Shown: positions 20,361 to 31,103 of the stretch, piece after piece | How the letters are laid out: every line of letters begins with the position of its first letter | How positions within the stretch are numbered: the stretch's first letter is position 1 | Assembly: GCA_949290565.1 (NCBI GenBank) | Contig: CASESH010000002.1 | Coordinates: 928-64,927 of the forward strand | From: an uncultured Christensenella sp. | Lineage (GTDB): Bacteria; Bacillota; Clostridia; Christensenellales; UBA1242 | Reading direction: 5' to 3' | DNA length: 64,000 bases | The notes under the pieces: generated by a model | The model's input: the letters and a program-made list of their open reading frames with translations, nothing else | What the model was told of the DNA's origin: nothing | Databases searched by the model: none | Position numbers and translations under genes: made by a program

Positions 20361-20742
20361 TTTTATACAATACAACTTATACAATACAACATAACGATAT
20401 AACCTAACAACACAAATATATAAAAAAATTTTGATAAAAATAAAAATTTATTTAGTTTGAAATTTATAATTTTAGTTTATTATTTTAAATTTTTTATTAA
20501 AATGCAACAAGAAATTAGACTTTTATATTTACATTTTTAAACTAAACTAAAAAAGGGAATATACAAAAAGTATAAGTCCCTTTTACAAATAAAATATTTA
20601 ACTTTTCTTTAATTTGTTCTTAATAAGATTGAAAATATTTATAAACAACTAACAAAATTTGGCCAAATATAAATTTAAGAAAAAGTAAGTGAAAACTAAC
20701 GAATTAGAAAAATTAAACAAAATAAAACAAGTAAGTTTTGTT

Positions 20743-21606
20743 TTATTTTGTTTTGCCATCATTTATATACAAGACTCCAAGACAATCTGGTCCACAGTGA
20801 CTAGAAATAGTGCCACCAGCAACTGTTTCGTATATATTTTTAAAACCTAAATTTTTTAATTGATTTTTTAAATAAATGACATCATCTTTTAAAGCAGTTG
20901 TATATGTAATAAAAACATTTTCTAAATCTGGATTGTTGAATTTTTTTGTAATATCTAAAAAATAACTTTTTATTACTGTTGAATAATTGCCAAAAAATTT
21001 TTTTGCAGATTTCATTTTTCCATTTTCAACTATTATTTCAGGTTTAATTTTTAAGAGGTTTGCGCTAAAATATTGTAAAGAATTACATCTTCCGCCTTTA
21101 TATAAATATTCTAACTTATTAATTACAAAACTTGCTTGAACAAAAGGAATTCTTAATTTTATTTTTTCTTCGATTTCATTTAGTCCTAAACCTTCATTAA
21201 TCAACTTTCTAGCATATAACACTAAGAGGGCAATCCCTGTTGAAAGAGACATACTATCAATTACTCTTATTTTTTGGTTTCCTAATTGTTTAGAAACGGC
21301 GACGGCGTTTTCATAGGCACTACTCATACTAGAACTTAATGAAATATGAATTATACAATCATATTTTTCTAGCATGTCAGTAAAGTGTTTTTTATACTGT
21401 TCTTGATTTACGGCAGATGTTTTAGGGAGTTCTTTTGTTTTCTCTACATAATTAAAAATTTTATTTGCAACAAACTCATCATCTTTTAAAACTTCTTCAC
21501 CTAAGGTTATAGTAAATGGAACAGTGTAAATTTCGTTATCTTTTATAATTTTATTTGTTAAATCAACTGTCGTTTCACATGATAATCCAATTTTCATAAA
21601 ATTCAC
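20743..21606 (-). CDS. DegV/FakB fatty-acid-binding protein
   Basis: PKTSA, SLSSSMS, VIDS, LYKGGR and SHCGP. Confidence 0.92.
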   Translation of the reverse strand: MNFMKIGLSCETTVDLTNKIIKDNEIYTVPFTITLGEEVLKDDEFVANKIFNYVEKTKELPKTSAVNQEQYKKHFTDMLEKYDCIIHISLSSSMSSAYENAVAVSKQLGNQKIRVIDSMSLSTGIALLVLYARKLINEGLGLNEIEEKIKLRIPFVQASFVINKLEYLYKGGRCNSLQYFSANLLKIKPEIIVENGKMKSAKKFFGNYSTVIKSYFLDITKKFNNPDLENVFITYTTALKDDVIYLKNQLKNLGFKNIYETVAGGTISSHCGPDCLGVLYINDGKTK

Positions 21607-21790
21607 CTCTTTGTTGTTTTTCTATATTTTAATACATAAACCTAAAAATTTTATTCTACTTTATTATTTTTCATCTCTCAATTTAAAAAATAAATAGTAG
21701 AGTAAAAAATTGAAATTCTACTATTAGTAGAGAATGTATTTTTAATATAAAATAGTTGATAACTTTATTTTATTTTTGTAAAATATTGTT

Positions 21791-22375
21791 ATGGAAAATA
21801 TAAGTTCAACAATTGCAAAAAATTTAATAAGACTTAGAAAACAAAATGGTTTAACTCAATTGGAATTTGCAAAAAAGTTTAATTATTCTGATAAAGCCGT
21901 TTCTAAATGGGAGAATTCGACAAGTATACCAAGTATTTCAATCCTTATGCAAATTGCAAAGTTCTACAATGTTAATTTAGAAGAAATTCTATATGAGGAA
22001 AGAGAAAACTTTGCAAAAAATAAGAGTGGAAAGATTAAAACTTCAATCTCTCTAATATCTACTGCTACTGTTTTTTTGATTGCAACTATTGTCTTTGTAA
22101 CGCTTTTTTATAGTAATTATAAAAGTCAAAGTTGGCTGTCTTTTGTTGTCGCTTTGCCCATTGTATTTTTATTGCTAACCATTCTATTTAGTATTTGGAG
22201 AGAACTTATTTTGTGCGGATTGTTTTCTTCGTTTTTTGTTTGGACAACAATATTATCAATTAGTTTAGTCTTTAAATCATATAATATTTGGCTTGTTTAT
22301 ATTATTGGTTTTCCATTACAACTTATAATTATTTTTTCTCTTTTGCTGATACATTTAAAAAAAAGTAAGTCTTAG
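21791..22375 (+). CDS. XRE-family HTH regulator with four C-terminal TM helices
   Basis: LRKQNGLTQLEFAKKFNYSDKAVSKWE plus hydrophobic C-half. Confidence 0.88.
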   Translation: MENISSTIAKNLIRLRKQNGLTQLEFAKKFNYSDKAVSKWENSTSIPSISILMQIAKFYNVNLEEILYEERENFAKNKSGKIKTSISLISTATVFLIATIVFVTLFYSNYKSQSWLSFVVALPIVFLLLTILFSIWRELILCGLFSSFFVWTTILSISLVFKSYNIWLVYIIGFPLQLIIIFSLLLIHLKKSKS

Positions 22376-22439
22376 TTTTTTGTGTTAAAAGTGGATTGAC
22401 TTTTTAATTAAATTATCTAATAATAATGTGAGGTAGAAA

Positions 22440-24191
22440 ATGGAATTACTAATTAAACAAATTGAGGAAATTCTAAATAATGCAAGTAAAGAAAGTGGGT
22501 TTATAGAGAATTTAAATGTTTCGCCTTGTACTATTGAAAGTATGGGAGATTATCAATGTAATAATTGTTTGATGTTAGCAAAGAAATACAAAAAATCTCC
22601 ACTTTTAATTGCTAGTGAAATAGTCAAAAATATTAAACAAAACAATTTAATACAATCTGTAAACGTCGCTCCTCCGGGATATATCAATATTTTTATAAAA
22701 GATGAATTTTTGTTTAATTATTTAGAAAGTTACACAAAAGAGATAGATGAAAAAATTAAGGAATTAGTTAAACCTAGTAAAATCATTATTGATTATGGCG
22801 GAGCAAATGTTGCAAAACCATTGCATGTCGGACATTTACGAAGCGCTAATATAGGGGAAAGCATAAAAAGAATTTGTACTTATGTTGGCAACACTACAAT
22901 AGGAGATGTTCATTTAGGTGATTGGGGTCTTCAAATGGGAATGATTATTGCTGAGATAAAAAGACTTCAACCAAACTTGCCTTATTTTGATGAGAATTTT
23001 TTAGGAGAATATCCATCTGTTTCTCCAATAACAATTCAAGATTTAGTTACGCTTTATCCAAATGCTAGTCAAAGAGCAAAAAATGACAAACTATTTTTGG
23101 AACAAGCACAAAAAGCAACTTTTGAGTTGCAAAAAGGCAAGAGGGGTTATGTTGCTTTATGGAGACATATTATAAATATTTCCAAAGCAGATTTGAAGAA
23201 AAATTATGATAAATTAAATGTAAATTTTGATTTGTGGTTGGGTGAAAGTGATTGCAAGGACTATTATGATAAGGTTGTAGATTATGCTATAACAAATAAA
23301 TTTGCATATCAAAGCCAAGGGGCCTATGTTATTGACGTTGCAAAAGAGGAAGATAAAATTGAAATTCCTCCATTTATTTTGCTTAAATCAGATGGCGCTG
23401 CGCTTTATAGCACAACTGATTTGGCGACTATTGTTATGCGTGATAAAGAACTAAATCCTGATAGAATTATTTATGTAGTTGACTTGCGTCAAGATTTACA
23501 TTTTACCCAAGTATTTAGGGCTGTAAAAAAATTGAACATTTTAAGCAAAGATATTCAATTACAGTTTGTAGGATTTGGAACTATGAACGGAAAAGATGGC
23601 AAACCTTATAAAACAAGAGAGGGAAAGGCTGTTCAACTTGCTGACTTGCTTAGAGAGGTAAAATCAAAAGCAATAGAAAAAGTAAAAGACAATCAAAATG
23701 TAGAATTTGACAATAAAGATGAAATTGCCGAAGTTGTTTCTCTTTCAGCGTTAAAGTTTGCAGATTTATCAATATTTAGGACAAGAGATTATGTTTTTGA
23801 TGTTGACAAATTTTGTTCGTTTGAAGGTAAAACAGGGCCTTATATTTTATACACAGTCGCAAGAATAAATTCTATTTTTTCAAAAAATGTTTCTTCTATT
23901 AGTAAAAATTTTAAAATAAGTTTAGACCAAGAAGGTAGAAGATTAATTTTAGGGTTAATTCAATTTGACAGCACTATTTTAACTGCTTACAGTGAATTGG
24001 CTCCAAGTTATCTATGTGATTTCGCTTATAAAATTTCAAATTTGTTTAGTTCTTTTTATGCAAAATCAAACATTATTTATGAAAAGGATATGAATATAAA
24101 ATCATCAAAACTTAGCCTTTGCAACTCTACAAAAATTTTACTTGAAAAAACTTTAAATCTTTTAGCAATAAAAACTTTAAATAGAATGTAA
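22440..24191 (+). CDS. argS: arginyl-tRNA synthetase
   Basis: ANVAKPLHVGHLRS, GDWGLQMG, KSDG and FEGKTGPYILY. Confidence 0.96.
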   Translation: MELLIKQIEEILNNASKESGFIENLNVSPCTIESMGDYQCNNCLMLAKKYKKSPLLIASEIVKNIKQNNLIQSVNVAPPGYINIFIKDEFLFNYLESYTKEIDEKIKELVKPSKIIIDYGGANVAKPLHVGHLRSANIGESIKRICTYVGNTTIGDVHLGDWGLQMGMIIAEIKRLQPNLPYFDENFLGEYPSVSPITIQDLVTLYPNASQRAKNDKLFLEQAQKATFELQKGKRGYVALWRHIINISKADLKKNYDKLNVNFDLWLGESDCKDYYDKVVDYAITNKFAYQSQGAYVIDVAKEEDKIEIPPFILLKSDGAALYSTTDLATIVMRDKELNPDRIIYVVDLRQDLHFTQVFRAVKKLNILSKDIQLQFVGFGTMNGKDGKPYKTREGKAVQLADLLREVKSKAIEKVKDNQNVEFDNKDEIAEVVSLSALKFADLSIFRTRDYVFDVDKFCSFEGKTGPYILYTVARINSIFSKNVSSISKNFKISLDQEGRRLILGLIQFDSTILTAYSELAPSYLCDFAYKISNLFSSFYAKSNIIYEKDMNIKSSKLSLCNSTKILLEKTLNLLAIKTLNRM

Positions 24192-24444
24192 ATGTAAAAG
24201 AAATTTGATAAATTTTTTATACTTTATAAGAATATATTATTTAAAAAATTTTTTTGTACATTTCAAAAAAAAGAACTTAGTACTTTGCTTTTTTGTAAAA
24301 GATTTTTGTTAGACAAATTGATATTTAACATTATAATTACAGTGTAAAATTACAGAATAAAGAATTTTTTATATTTATACTTAATTTGTAATTTTAATTA
24401 AAAAATTGCACATTAATTTAATGCAAAAATGTTAGAGGTTTAAA

Positions 24445-24910
24445 ATGGACTTAGGTAAATCTATTTCTTTGGCAAGAAAACAATCAGGGTTAACGCAAGA
24501 AGATGTTGCAGAAAAACTTGCTATTTCAAGACAAACTATTTCAAATTGGGAAAGTAATATTGGTTCTTATAAACTTAGAACAGACTAAAAAACTTGCAAT
24601 TTTATTTAATGTATCTATTGACCAAAGATACATTTTAGTTAATTTTGATTTTCAAATAAATAAAATTAAAGAAGCTATTGATAGTACAGATGAAAAAACG
24701 CAGGAAAGAATTGATTGGACTAAAATGTGGGGAAGCAAATATCCAATATTAAACGTTTATCAACAATTTGTTGATACATCTTTTTATGGAAACATCTTAG
24801 ACAAACTTTTAACTCAATTAAAACATGATTATAATCTAAATGATGTTGATGCTTTACTTGTCTTAAAAGATATTATGGCTAATGTTTATAAAAGAAAAAA
24901 GAGAGGTTAA
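24445..24910 (+). pseudogene. frameshifted XRE-family regulator
   Basis: GAGG RBS, MDLGKSISLARKQSGLTQEDVAEKLAISRQTISNWE in one frame; HTH continues (LEQTKKLAILFNVSID...DWTKMWGSKYPIL) in the next frame. Confidence 0.85.
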
Positions 24911-24998
24911 TTTATTTTACATCTTTTGACTTATAATAAAAATTATGATAAACTGACCATAGTTGTTATTCGTAAAAAGTTTATAAAGGAAAATTTTC

Positions 24999-25679
24999 GT
25001 GAAAAAAAAGAAAGTATGGTTTAATTGCTTAAAAGCATTCCTTAAAATTTTTATTCGCAAACCAAAATTTGTCTATTTACAAGATAAACCTGATAAGTCT
25101 TCAATCATTTTAGGAAATCATGTTGGAGCAAAGGCACCCTTATCCTATGAATTATATTTTGATTGCTCTTTTAGAATTTGGGGAACGCATGAAATGAATG
25201 ATGGACTCAAATCAGTTTATAAATATTTATCAGAAGTTTACTTTTATCAAAAAAAGCATATTAATAAATTTTTTTCTAAATTAATAAGTATTATTGCCGC
25301 GCCTCTTGCTAATTTGTTTTACAAAGGTCTTCAACTTATTCCAACTTATCGTGATTATAGGTTGCGCAAAAGCATAAAAGAAAGTGTGGAAGTTTTGAAA
25401 GAGGGACAAAATGTAATTATATTTCCAGAAGATTCTAGTGATGGTTATCACGACAATTTAAAGAGTTTTTTTAGCGGATATATGTTACTTGCTAGACAAT
25501 GTTACAAAAACGGTTTAGATGTAAAAATTTACTTATCATACTTTGTTAAAGAGAAAAGAACTTTTGTTATGGATAAACCTATTAGATATAGCGAAATACT
25601 TAAAATGAATAAAAGTGATAAGGAAATTTCAAAAATGTTTTGTGATAGGACAAATCAATTGAGAAATTACATTAAATAA
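24999..25679 (+). CDS. PlsC-like acyltransferase family protein
   Basis: GNH block and IIFPE motif. Confidence 0.7.
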   Translation: MKKKKVWFNCLKAFLKIFIRKPKFVYLQDKPDKSSIILGNHVGAKAPLSYELYFDCSFRIWGTHEMNDGLKSVYKYLSEVYFYQKKHINKFFSKLISIIAAPLANLFYKGLQLIPTYRDYRLRKSIKESVEVLKEGQNVIIFPEDSSDGYHDNLKSFFSGYMLLARQCYKNGLDVKIYLSYFVKEKRTFVMDKPIRYSEILKMNKSDKEISKMFCDRTNQLRNYIK

Positions 25680-25718
25680 AAAAATGTTTTTATAGTTTAA
25701 TAAAAACATTTTTTTTAC

Positions 25719-26177
25719 CTATTCATTATTACTGTTAAACACAAAAAAATCAATTCCAATCCCTTTTTTATCAATATTAATTACTGCATATTTATTTTCT
25801 TTAAACGCACCGGGATTTAAAAAGACTATACCATTTACTGTTTGCATATTTTGTTTGTGGGTATGTCCATATAAAACTAAATTTACGTTATTCTTTTTTG
25901 CGTAATCAATAAGTAGTTCGTTATTAATTTTTACTTTAAAAGTGTGGCCGTGGGTTAAAAGAATTTTTTTATTTTCTAAAAAGAAGGTTTGGGTAATAGG
26001 TTCGTTTGAGAATAAATCGCAATTACCACAAACTTTTTTTATTTGTAAATTATCTAAGTTTCTTAAATCGCTTAAACCATCTCCAAGAAAAAAAACATAA
26101 TCAAAATAATTTTCTTTTAATAATATTTCTAAATTTTTTCTATTTCCATGACTATCACTTATGACACATACTTTCAT
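25719..26177 (-). CDS. YfcE-family metallophosphoesterase
   Basis: SDSHG, LGD, GNCD, THGH, GHTH and NPG. Confidence 0.92.
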   Translation of the reverse strand: MKVCVISDSHGNRKNLEILLKENYFDYVFFLGDGLSDLRNLDNLQIKKVCGNCDLFSNEPITQTFFLENKKILLTHGHTFKVKINNELLIDYAKKNNVNLVLYGHTHKQNMQTVNGIVFLNPGAFKENKYAVINIDKKGIGIDFFVFNSNNE

Positions 26178-26218
26178 ATTAATTATAATAGTTTCTTTTT
26201 ATTAAAATGTAAATTGAA

Positions 26219-27034
26219 TTAGTTAAGTTTTATTGTTTTAAAATATATTGATGATGGCAAATAATTTTCTTGTGTATCTGCTCTAAAAAGGACTGTTATT
26301 TTAGAACTAGCAAATAATGCAACGCCTGATTCTAATATTTTATCATCTGTAATTGTATAAGTATGCAACTTGTAACTATTAACACTATTCCACGCTAAAT
26401 CTATATTAAATGTATTTACAATATTAATGTATTCCTCTGGTTCTTCTACGTATTCTTTTGATACTATGTAATATTCTATATTACATTCATTTTGGTTATT
26501 AACTGTTAAAATTTTTTGTTCCTTGTCTGTTTGAAATATTTCAGCATTAATTTGACTAATGTTAGAACTATTTTTATTTTCTGGTAAATATTTTTCTATA
26601 ATTTCTCCATTATAAGAAAAATAAATCTTTGAATTATCTAAATTATTAGAAAATAAATGTTTTTGGTTAGTTAATTCAACACCCTCAAAACCACCTTCTA
26701 CTTTGTCTAAAATTAAATAATATGAGTTATAATTTTGATTAGCATAAAACCAAACGTTATTATCAAAAGAATAAGTTAAATCGGTACAATTATATTCATT
26801 TAATTCTTCATTATCTAAAATCAAATTAGCAACATAGTCGCCATAGCAATTTTGAGAAATTGATATGTCAAAACTTGCTTGTTCAACAGGGCCATTTTCA
26901 GTCGATGAGTCTGTTTGTGAATTATTAGAACTTCCTTGTATTTTTTTATTATTTTGATTGTTACAAGCCACAAGACTAAAAGTTAAGATTAACATTAAAA
27001 CTAGACTAGACAATACAGTTAAAAATTTCTTCAT
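26219..27034 (-). CDS. hypothetical lipoprotein
   Basis: MKK signal peptide with lipobox LVAC; AGGAG RBS. Confidence 0.78.
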   Translation of the reverse strand: MKKFLTVLSSLVLMLILTFSLVACNNQNNKKIQGSSNNSQTDSSTENGPVEQASFDISISQNCYGDYVANLILDNEELNEYNCTDLTYSFDNNVWFYANQNYNSYYLILDKVEGGFEGVELTNQKHLFSNNLDNSKIYFSYNGEIIEKYLPENKNSSNISQINAEIFQTDKEQKILTVNNQNECNIEYYIVSKEYVEEPEEYINIVNTFNIDLAWNSVNSYKLHTYTITDDKILESGVALFASSKITVLFRADTQENYLPSSIYFKTIKLN

Positions 27035-27203
27035 ATAAATATCTCCTAAACATATTTAGCACAAAATTGTGACATTTGTAAATAAATAATTACAAAAATT
27101 TACAAAATTTTCCATTTTTATATTTTTACTTTTTGTTTTTTGACAAACTTATTTTGCTTTGCGTTTTTTATTTTTTATTGTAAAATGTGTTTGAGGATAA
27201 AAA

Positions 27204-27764
27204 ATGAATTTAGTTGTTTGTATTGATAATGAAAATAGAATTTTACCACACAATGTTCTTTTAGAATATATTGATGCTCTTTGGGACATTAAAAATTTGG
27301 TAAAGAATAAAACTGTTATTTTTAATTTAGATTATGCAAATTTAAAAAATCAGTTTTCACAGTCAAAAAAATTTTTTTTAAATAAAAAAGATTCTATTCA
27401 GTTAATTCCAGACTATCTTTCTAATGACCTTCAAAAAAGAAATAAACTATCAAGTTTTAAACAACTTTTTGAATTAAAGAATGAGATAGAAGAAGATAAT
27501 TTATTTCTATTAACCAATGATTATATTGATGAGTTAATCAATTATTTTGATTTCATTTATGTTTATAAATTCAACGTTATAACTAAGTATTCAAACTTTC
27601 TTCTAAACTTAATTGAAAATAAGTCTTTTGATTTAGTTAGTAGTCAAAATTCTTATTTTGAAGTTGATAATACTTTTGCTAAGTTTATTTATAAAAATTT
27701 AGATGTTATTGATTTTAATTCTTTAAATGATAGTCTAGATAAAAATAATTTTAATTTGCTTTAA
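27204..27764 (+). CDS. degenerate dihydrofolate-reductase-like protein
   Basis: MNLVVCIDNENRI start, KNKTVIF, and C-terminal FDFIYVYKF...FDLVSS...AKFIYK follow the DHFR strand pattern; catalytic motifs are absent. Confidence 0.5.
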   Translation: MNLVVCIDNENRILPHNVLLEYIDALWDIKNLVKNKTVIFNLDYANLKNQFSQSKKFFLNKKDSIQLIPDYLSNDLQKRNKLSSFKQLFELKNEIEEDNLFLLTNDYIDELINYFDFIYVYKFNVITKYSNFLLNLIENKSFDLVSSQNSYFEVDNTFAKFIYKNLDVIDFNSLNDSLDKNNFNLL

Positions 27765-27877
27765 ACTTGCTTTATGTTAACTATTTTTTATTTTGTTAAG
27801 AGATTATAAACAAATTTAAAAAATTTACTATTGACATGTTGACCTTTAACTTATAATTAAATTAACGGAGTAATAAA

Positions 27878-28507
27878 ATGGAAAGAACAAAATTTTATTT
27901 CGCAAAGAAGAAATTAAAAAGTCAAGATTTTAATGAAGTAGATGAATTTATTTTTGCAAAAAAATATGATTCTAGTGGTAATTCAAATTTATATATATAT
28001 TCAGAAAAACTTAACATTGATGGAAATAATGAGTATGAATGGAATTTATTGGGTGATAGTCCTCAAATAAAAGATGTGAAAAAAGATTACAATTGTATTA
28101 GTTTTGAAAAACTTATGGAAACTAGTATGACAACAGGGGAAAGCGATAAAGTATTTTTTAGAATTGCGCCTATTTATTATGACAAATTTATAGATAATAC
28201 CTTTTTTGAGGTAAATTTAAATATTAAAGATAAAAGTTTTAATAAATGTTTGACATCTATACTTTTACAGTTGCCAGGAGGTTCATTATTGGGTTATAAC
28301 CATAAATTTGGACAAATACAAATTATTAATAAAGACAAATATATGGGCGACAAGAGTTTCATTATTCTTGATAAAAAATCTAAAAAAACAATTGATGTTA
28401 TTAAGGAATTAAGAGAAGGTTTGAAAAAAGACTTAGATTTTAAGAAGGATAAAGAAAGAAGAGATGAATTTTTAATTAAAAACCTTTTTAATTTGTTTGA
28501 GAATTAA
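27878..28507 (+). CDS. hypothetical protein
   Basis: 209-aa ORF with GGAG RBS and TTGACA/TATAAT promoter. Confidence 0.7.
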   Translation: MERTKFYFAKKKLKSQDFNEVDEFIFAKKYDSSGNSNLYIYSEKLNIDGNNEYEWNLLGDSPQIKDVKKDYNCISFEKLMETSMTTGESDKVFFRIAPIYYDKFIDNTFFEVNLNIKDKSFNKCLTSILLQLPGGSLLGYNHKFGQIQIINKDKYMGDKSFIILDKKSKKTIDVIKELREGLKKDLDFKKDKERRDEFLIKNLFNLFEN

Positions 28508-28742
28508 ACAAAAAAATGTCTATATCAAAAATAATGAGTTATAAAAAATTTTATGATTAATTAAAAAATGTATTGATAAGTTATTACTTAAATTTAATGA
28601 CAGTTAAATTTTATATCTATTTTTTTACTAGGTAAGAAAATATTATAATTTAGAAGAGTTAAACATAAAAAGTTAATTTTATGTAGTGTATTAGTTTTAA
28701 AATATAAAAGCATAAGTCTATTTTTTGGCCTATGCTTTTTTT

Positions 28743-28831
28743 TGGCAGAGGGGACAGGATTCGAACCTGCGTGAGATTGCTCTCAAACTGATTTCGAGTC
28801 AGCCTCGTTATGACCACTTCGATACCCCTCC
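28743..28831 (-). tRNA. tRNA-Ser(CGA)
   Basis: 89 nt, long variable arm, GCTGA-CTCGAAA-TCAGT anticodon arm, G73 and CCA. Confidence 0.95.
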
Positions 28832-29060
28832 ATTAGCCTATATTTTAAAACAAATTTGTTAAAAAATCAAGAAAATTTATTTTTATCCAAACTTAAATTT
28901 CATGAATAAAAAATTTAGTTTTTTATAAAATTATGTTTATTTTAGCATAACTTATAAAATTTTTTATTTCAGTTTTCTTTTTTTTAATTTTGTGTTAGTT
29001 AGTTTAATTGACATGGACTTTTTTCGTTGTTATAATTTTATTACTTTTTTAGGAATAATT

Positions 29061-29486
29061 ATGGAAAATTTAAATTTTTTTTATGAACTTTTTACTATTA
29101 ACAACAGACTTTCTAAACTTTTAATGAGCGAAGACAAAAAACTTGCAAAACAATTTTATTCGTTGCAAAACAAAATTTTATTTACTATTTATCAAAACAA
29201 AGTAATATCTCCTTCGAGTTTAGTAAGGGAATTAAAAATAGCAAAATCTAACATTGCTAAGTTTTGTAGAGTTTTGGTTGATAAAAATCTCATAACTGAC
29301 AAAGTTGACAAAAATGATCATAGAATAATATATTACAATATTACCTCAAAGGGTGAGAAATACATATTGAATTTTACTGAAAAAATTAATAAAATTTTTA
29401 GTAAATTTTTTGATGATAATCAACTAGATGAAATAAGTAAATTAACGAACAAAATTTTAAATATTTTAATGATAGATGGAGAATAA
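29061..29486 (+). CDS. MarR-family regulator
   Basis: wHTH with DHRIIYYNITSKG; start set to the ATG after AGGA. Confidence 0.85.
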   Translation: MENLNFFYELFTINNRLSKLLMSEDKKLAKQFYSLQNKILFTIYQNKVISPSSLVRELKIAKSNIAKFCRVLVDKNLITDKVDKNDHRIIYYNITSKGEKYILNFTEKINKIFSKFFDDNQLDEISKLTNKILNILMIDGE

Positions 29487-29489
29487 TAA

Positions 29490-30872
29490 ATGCTAAAATT
29501 ATATAATTCATTAACAAATAGAAAAGAAAAATTTGAGTCCTTAAATGAGGGGCTTGTTAAAATGTATACGTGTGGCCCTACTGTTTATTATTACCAACAT
29601 ATTGGAAATATGAGGGCATATATATTTATGGATTCTTTAAGGAGAGTTTTAAAATATAATGGTTACAAGATTAAAGGTGTTATGAATGTAACCGATGTTG
29701 GACATTTAACAAGTGATGCTGACAGTGGCGAAGATAAAATGGAAATGGCTGCTAAAAGAGAAAATAAAAATCCATATGAAATTGCTAAGTTTTACGCTAA
29801 TATCTTTTTCGAAGATTTAAAGAAACTAAATGTTGATGTTCCTGAAAACATAACATATGCGACAAAATTTATTCCTCAAATGATTGAATTTGTAAGGGGA
29901 TTAGAAGAAAAAGGTTATACTTATAAAATAGACGATGGAATTTATTTTGATGTTCAAAAATTTTCTGGTTATGGTCAATTAAGTCAAAAAGATTTGTCTA
30001 AAAAAGGAAATACTAGAATTGAGGAGAATATTAATAAACACCACCCTTTTGACTTTGCTCTATGGAAGTTTGTGCCAGAAAATCACATAATGAAATGGGA
30101 TAGTCCTTGGGGAGTAGGATGTCCGGGCTGGCATATAGAATGTTCTGCTATGGGCAGAGATATTTTAGGAGATAAGTTTGATATTCATACGGGAGGAATT
30201 GACCATAAGACTGTTCATCATGAAGACGAAATTGCTCAAAATGACGCCCTTGCAGGTCATAGAGTAGTTCAAAGATGGATGCACAACGAATTTTTATTGG
30301 TTGATGGTGGGAAAATGAGCAAGAGTTTAGGGAATGTATATACATTATCTCAACTCAGTCAAAAAGGTTTTACTCCAATGGACTTCAAGTTCTTTTGTCT
30401 AAATACTCATTATAGTAAAAAAATTAATTTTACTTTCGAAGGATTAAAGGCTAGTAGTTTAGGTTATAAAAATCTTAAAAATCTTGTTAAAGAACATTTT
30501 TTAGGGAATAGCGTTGTTAAAGATGAGGTCATTGAGAAATATTCAAATGAATTTTTGCAAGCGATAAATGATGATTTAAATATTCCTCTTGCTATTGGGG
30601 TTGTTTGGACAATGTTAAAAAATGAGAGTAAATCTAAACAGATTTATGAATTAGTTTGTAAATTTGATAAAGCGCTTGGACTAGAATTAGACAATATAGA
30701 AATTGAGAAAAAAGAAGAAGTTCCACAAAAAGTTGTTGATTTAGCACAAAAAAGATTGGTTGCAAGACAAAATAAAGATTATGCCCTAAGTGATAGGTTA
30801 AGAGATGAAATTAACGATTTAGGTTACTCTATTAAAGACAAAAAAGATGGCTTTGAGTTGGAAAAATTATAA
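29490..30872 (+). CDS. cysS: cysteinyl-tRNA synthetase
   Basis: YTCGPTVY, HIGN, DFALWK, PGWHIECSAM and KMSKS. Confidence 0.97.
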   Translation: MLKLYNSLTNRKEKFESLNEGLVKMYTCGPTVYYYQHIGNMRAYIFMDSLRRVLKYNGYKIKGVMNVTDVGHLTSDADSGEDKMEMAAKRENKNPYEIAKFYANIFFEDLKKLNVDVPENITYATKFIPQMIEFVRGLEEKGYTYKIDDGIYFDVQKFSGYGQLSQKDLSKKGNTRIEENINKHHPFDFALWKFVPENHIMKWDSPWGVGCPGWHIECSAMGRDILGDKFDIHTGGIDHKTVHHEDEIAQNDALAGHRVVQRWMHNEFLLVDGGKMSKSLGNVYTLSQLSQKGFTPMDFKFFCLNTHYSKKINFTFEGLKASSLGYKNLKNLVKEHFLGNSVVKDEVIEKYSNEFLQAINDDLNIPLAIGVVWTMLKNESKSKQIYELVCKFDKALGLELDNIEIEKKEEVPQKVVDLAQKRLVARQNKDYALSDRLRDEINDLGYSIKDKKDGFELEKL

Positions 30873-31103
30873 AAATTTATTTTAAGAATTTATAAACGAA
30901 TAATAAATATGTTTTTAGAAATTTTATTTATCTGTAAAAAATTTATAACTATATTTATCTTACTAATTAAAAGAACTCTACTTTTGTAAAGTTCTTTTTT
31001 TCTAAAAGATTTAGTTTGTAATAAAATTTTTAAATAATTTAATCTAGTTGTTTGTAAATATTTTTTGATATGATATAATTTTAACTATAAAAGGGAAAAA
31101 CAT

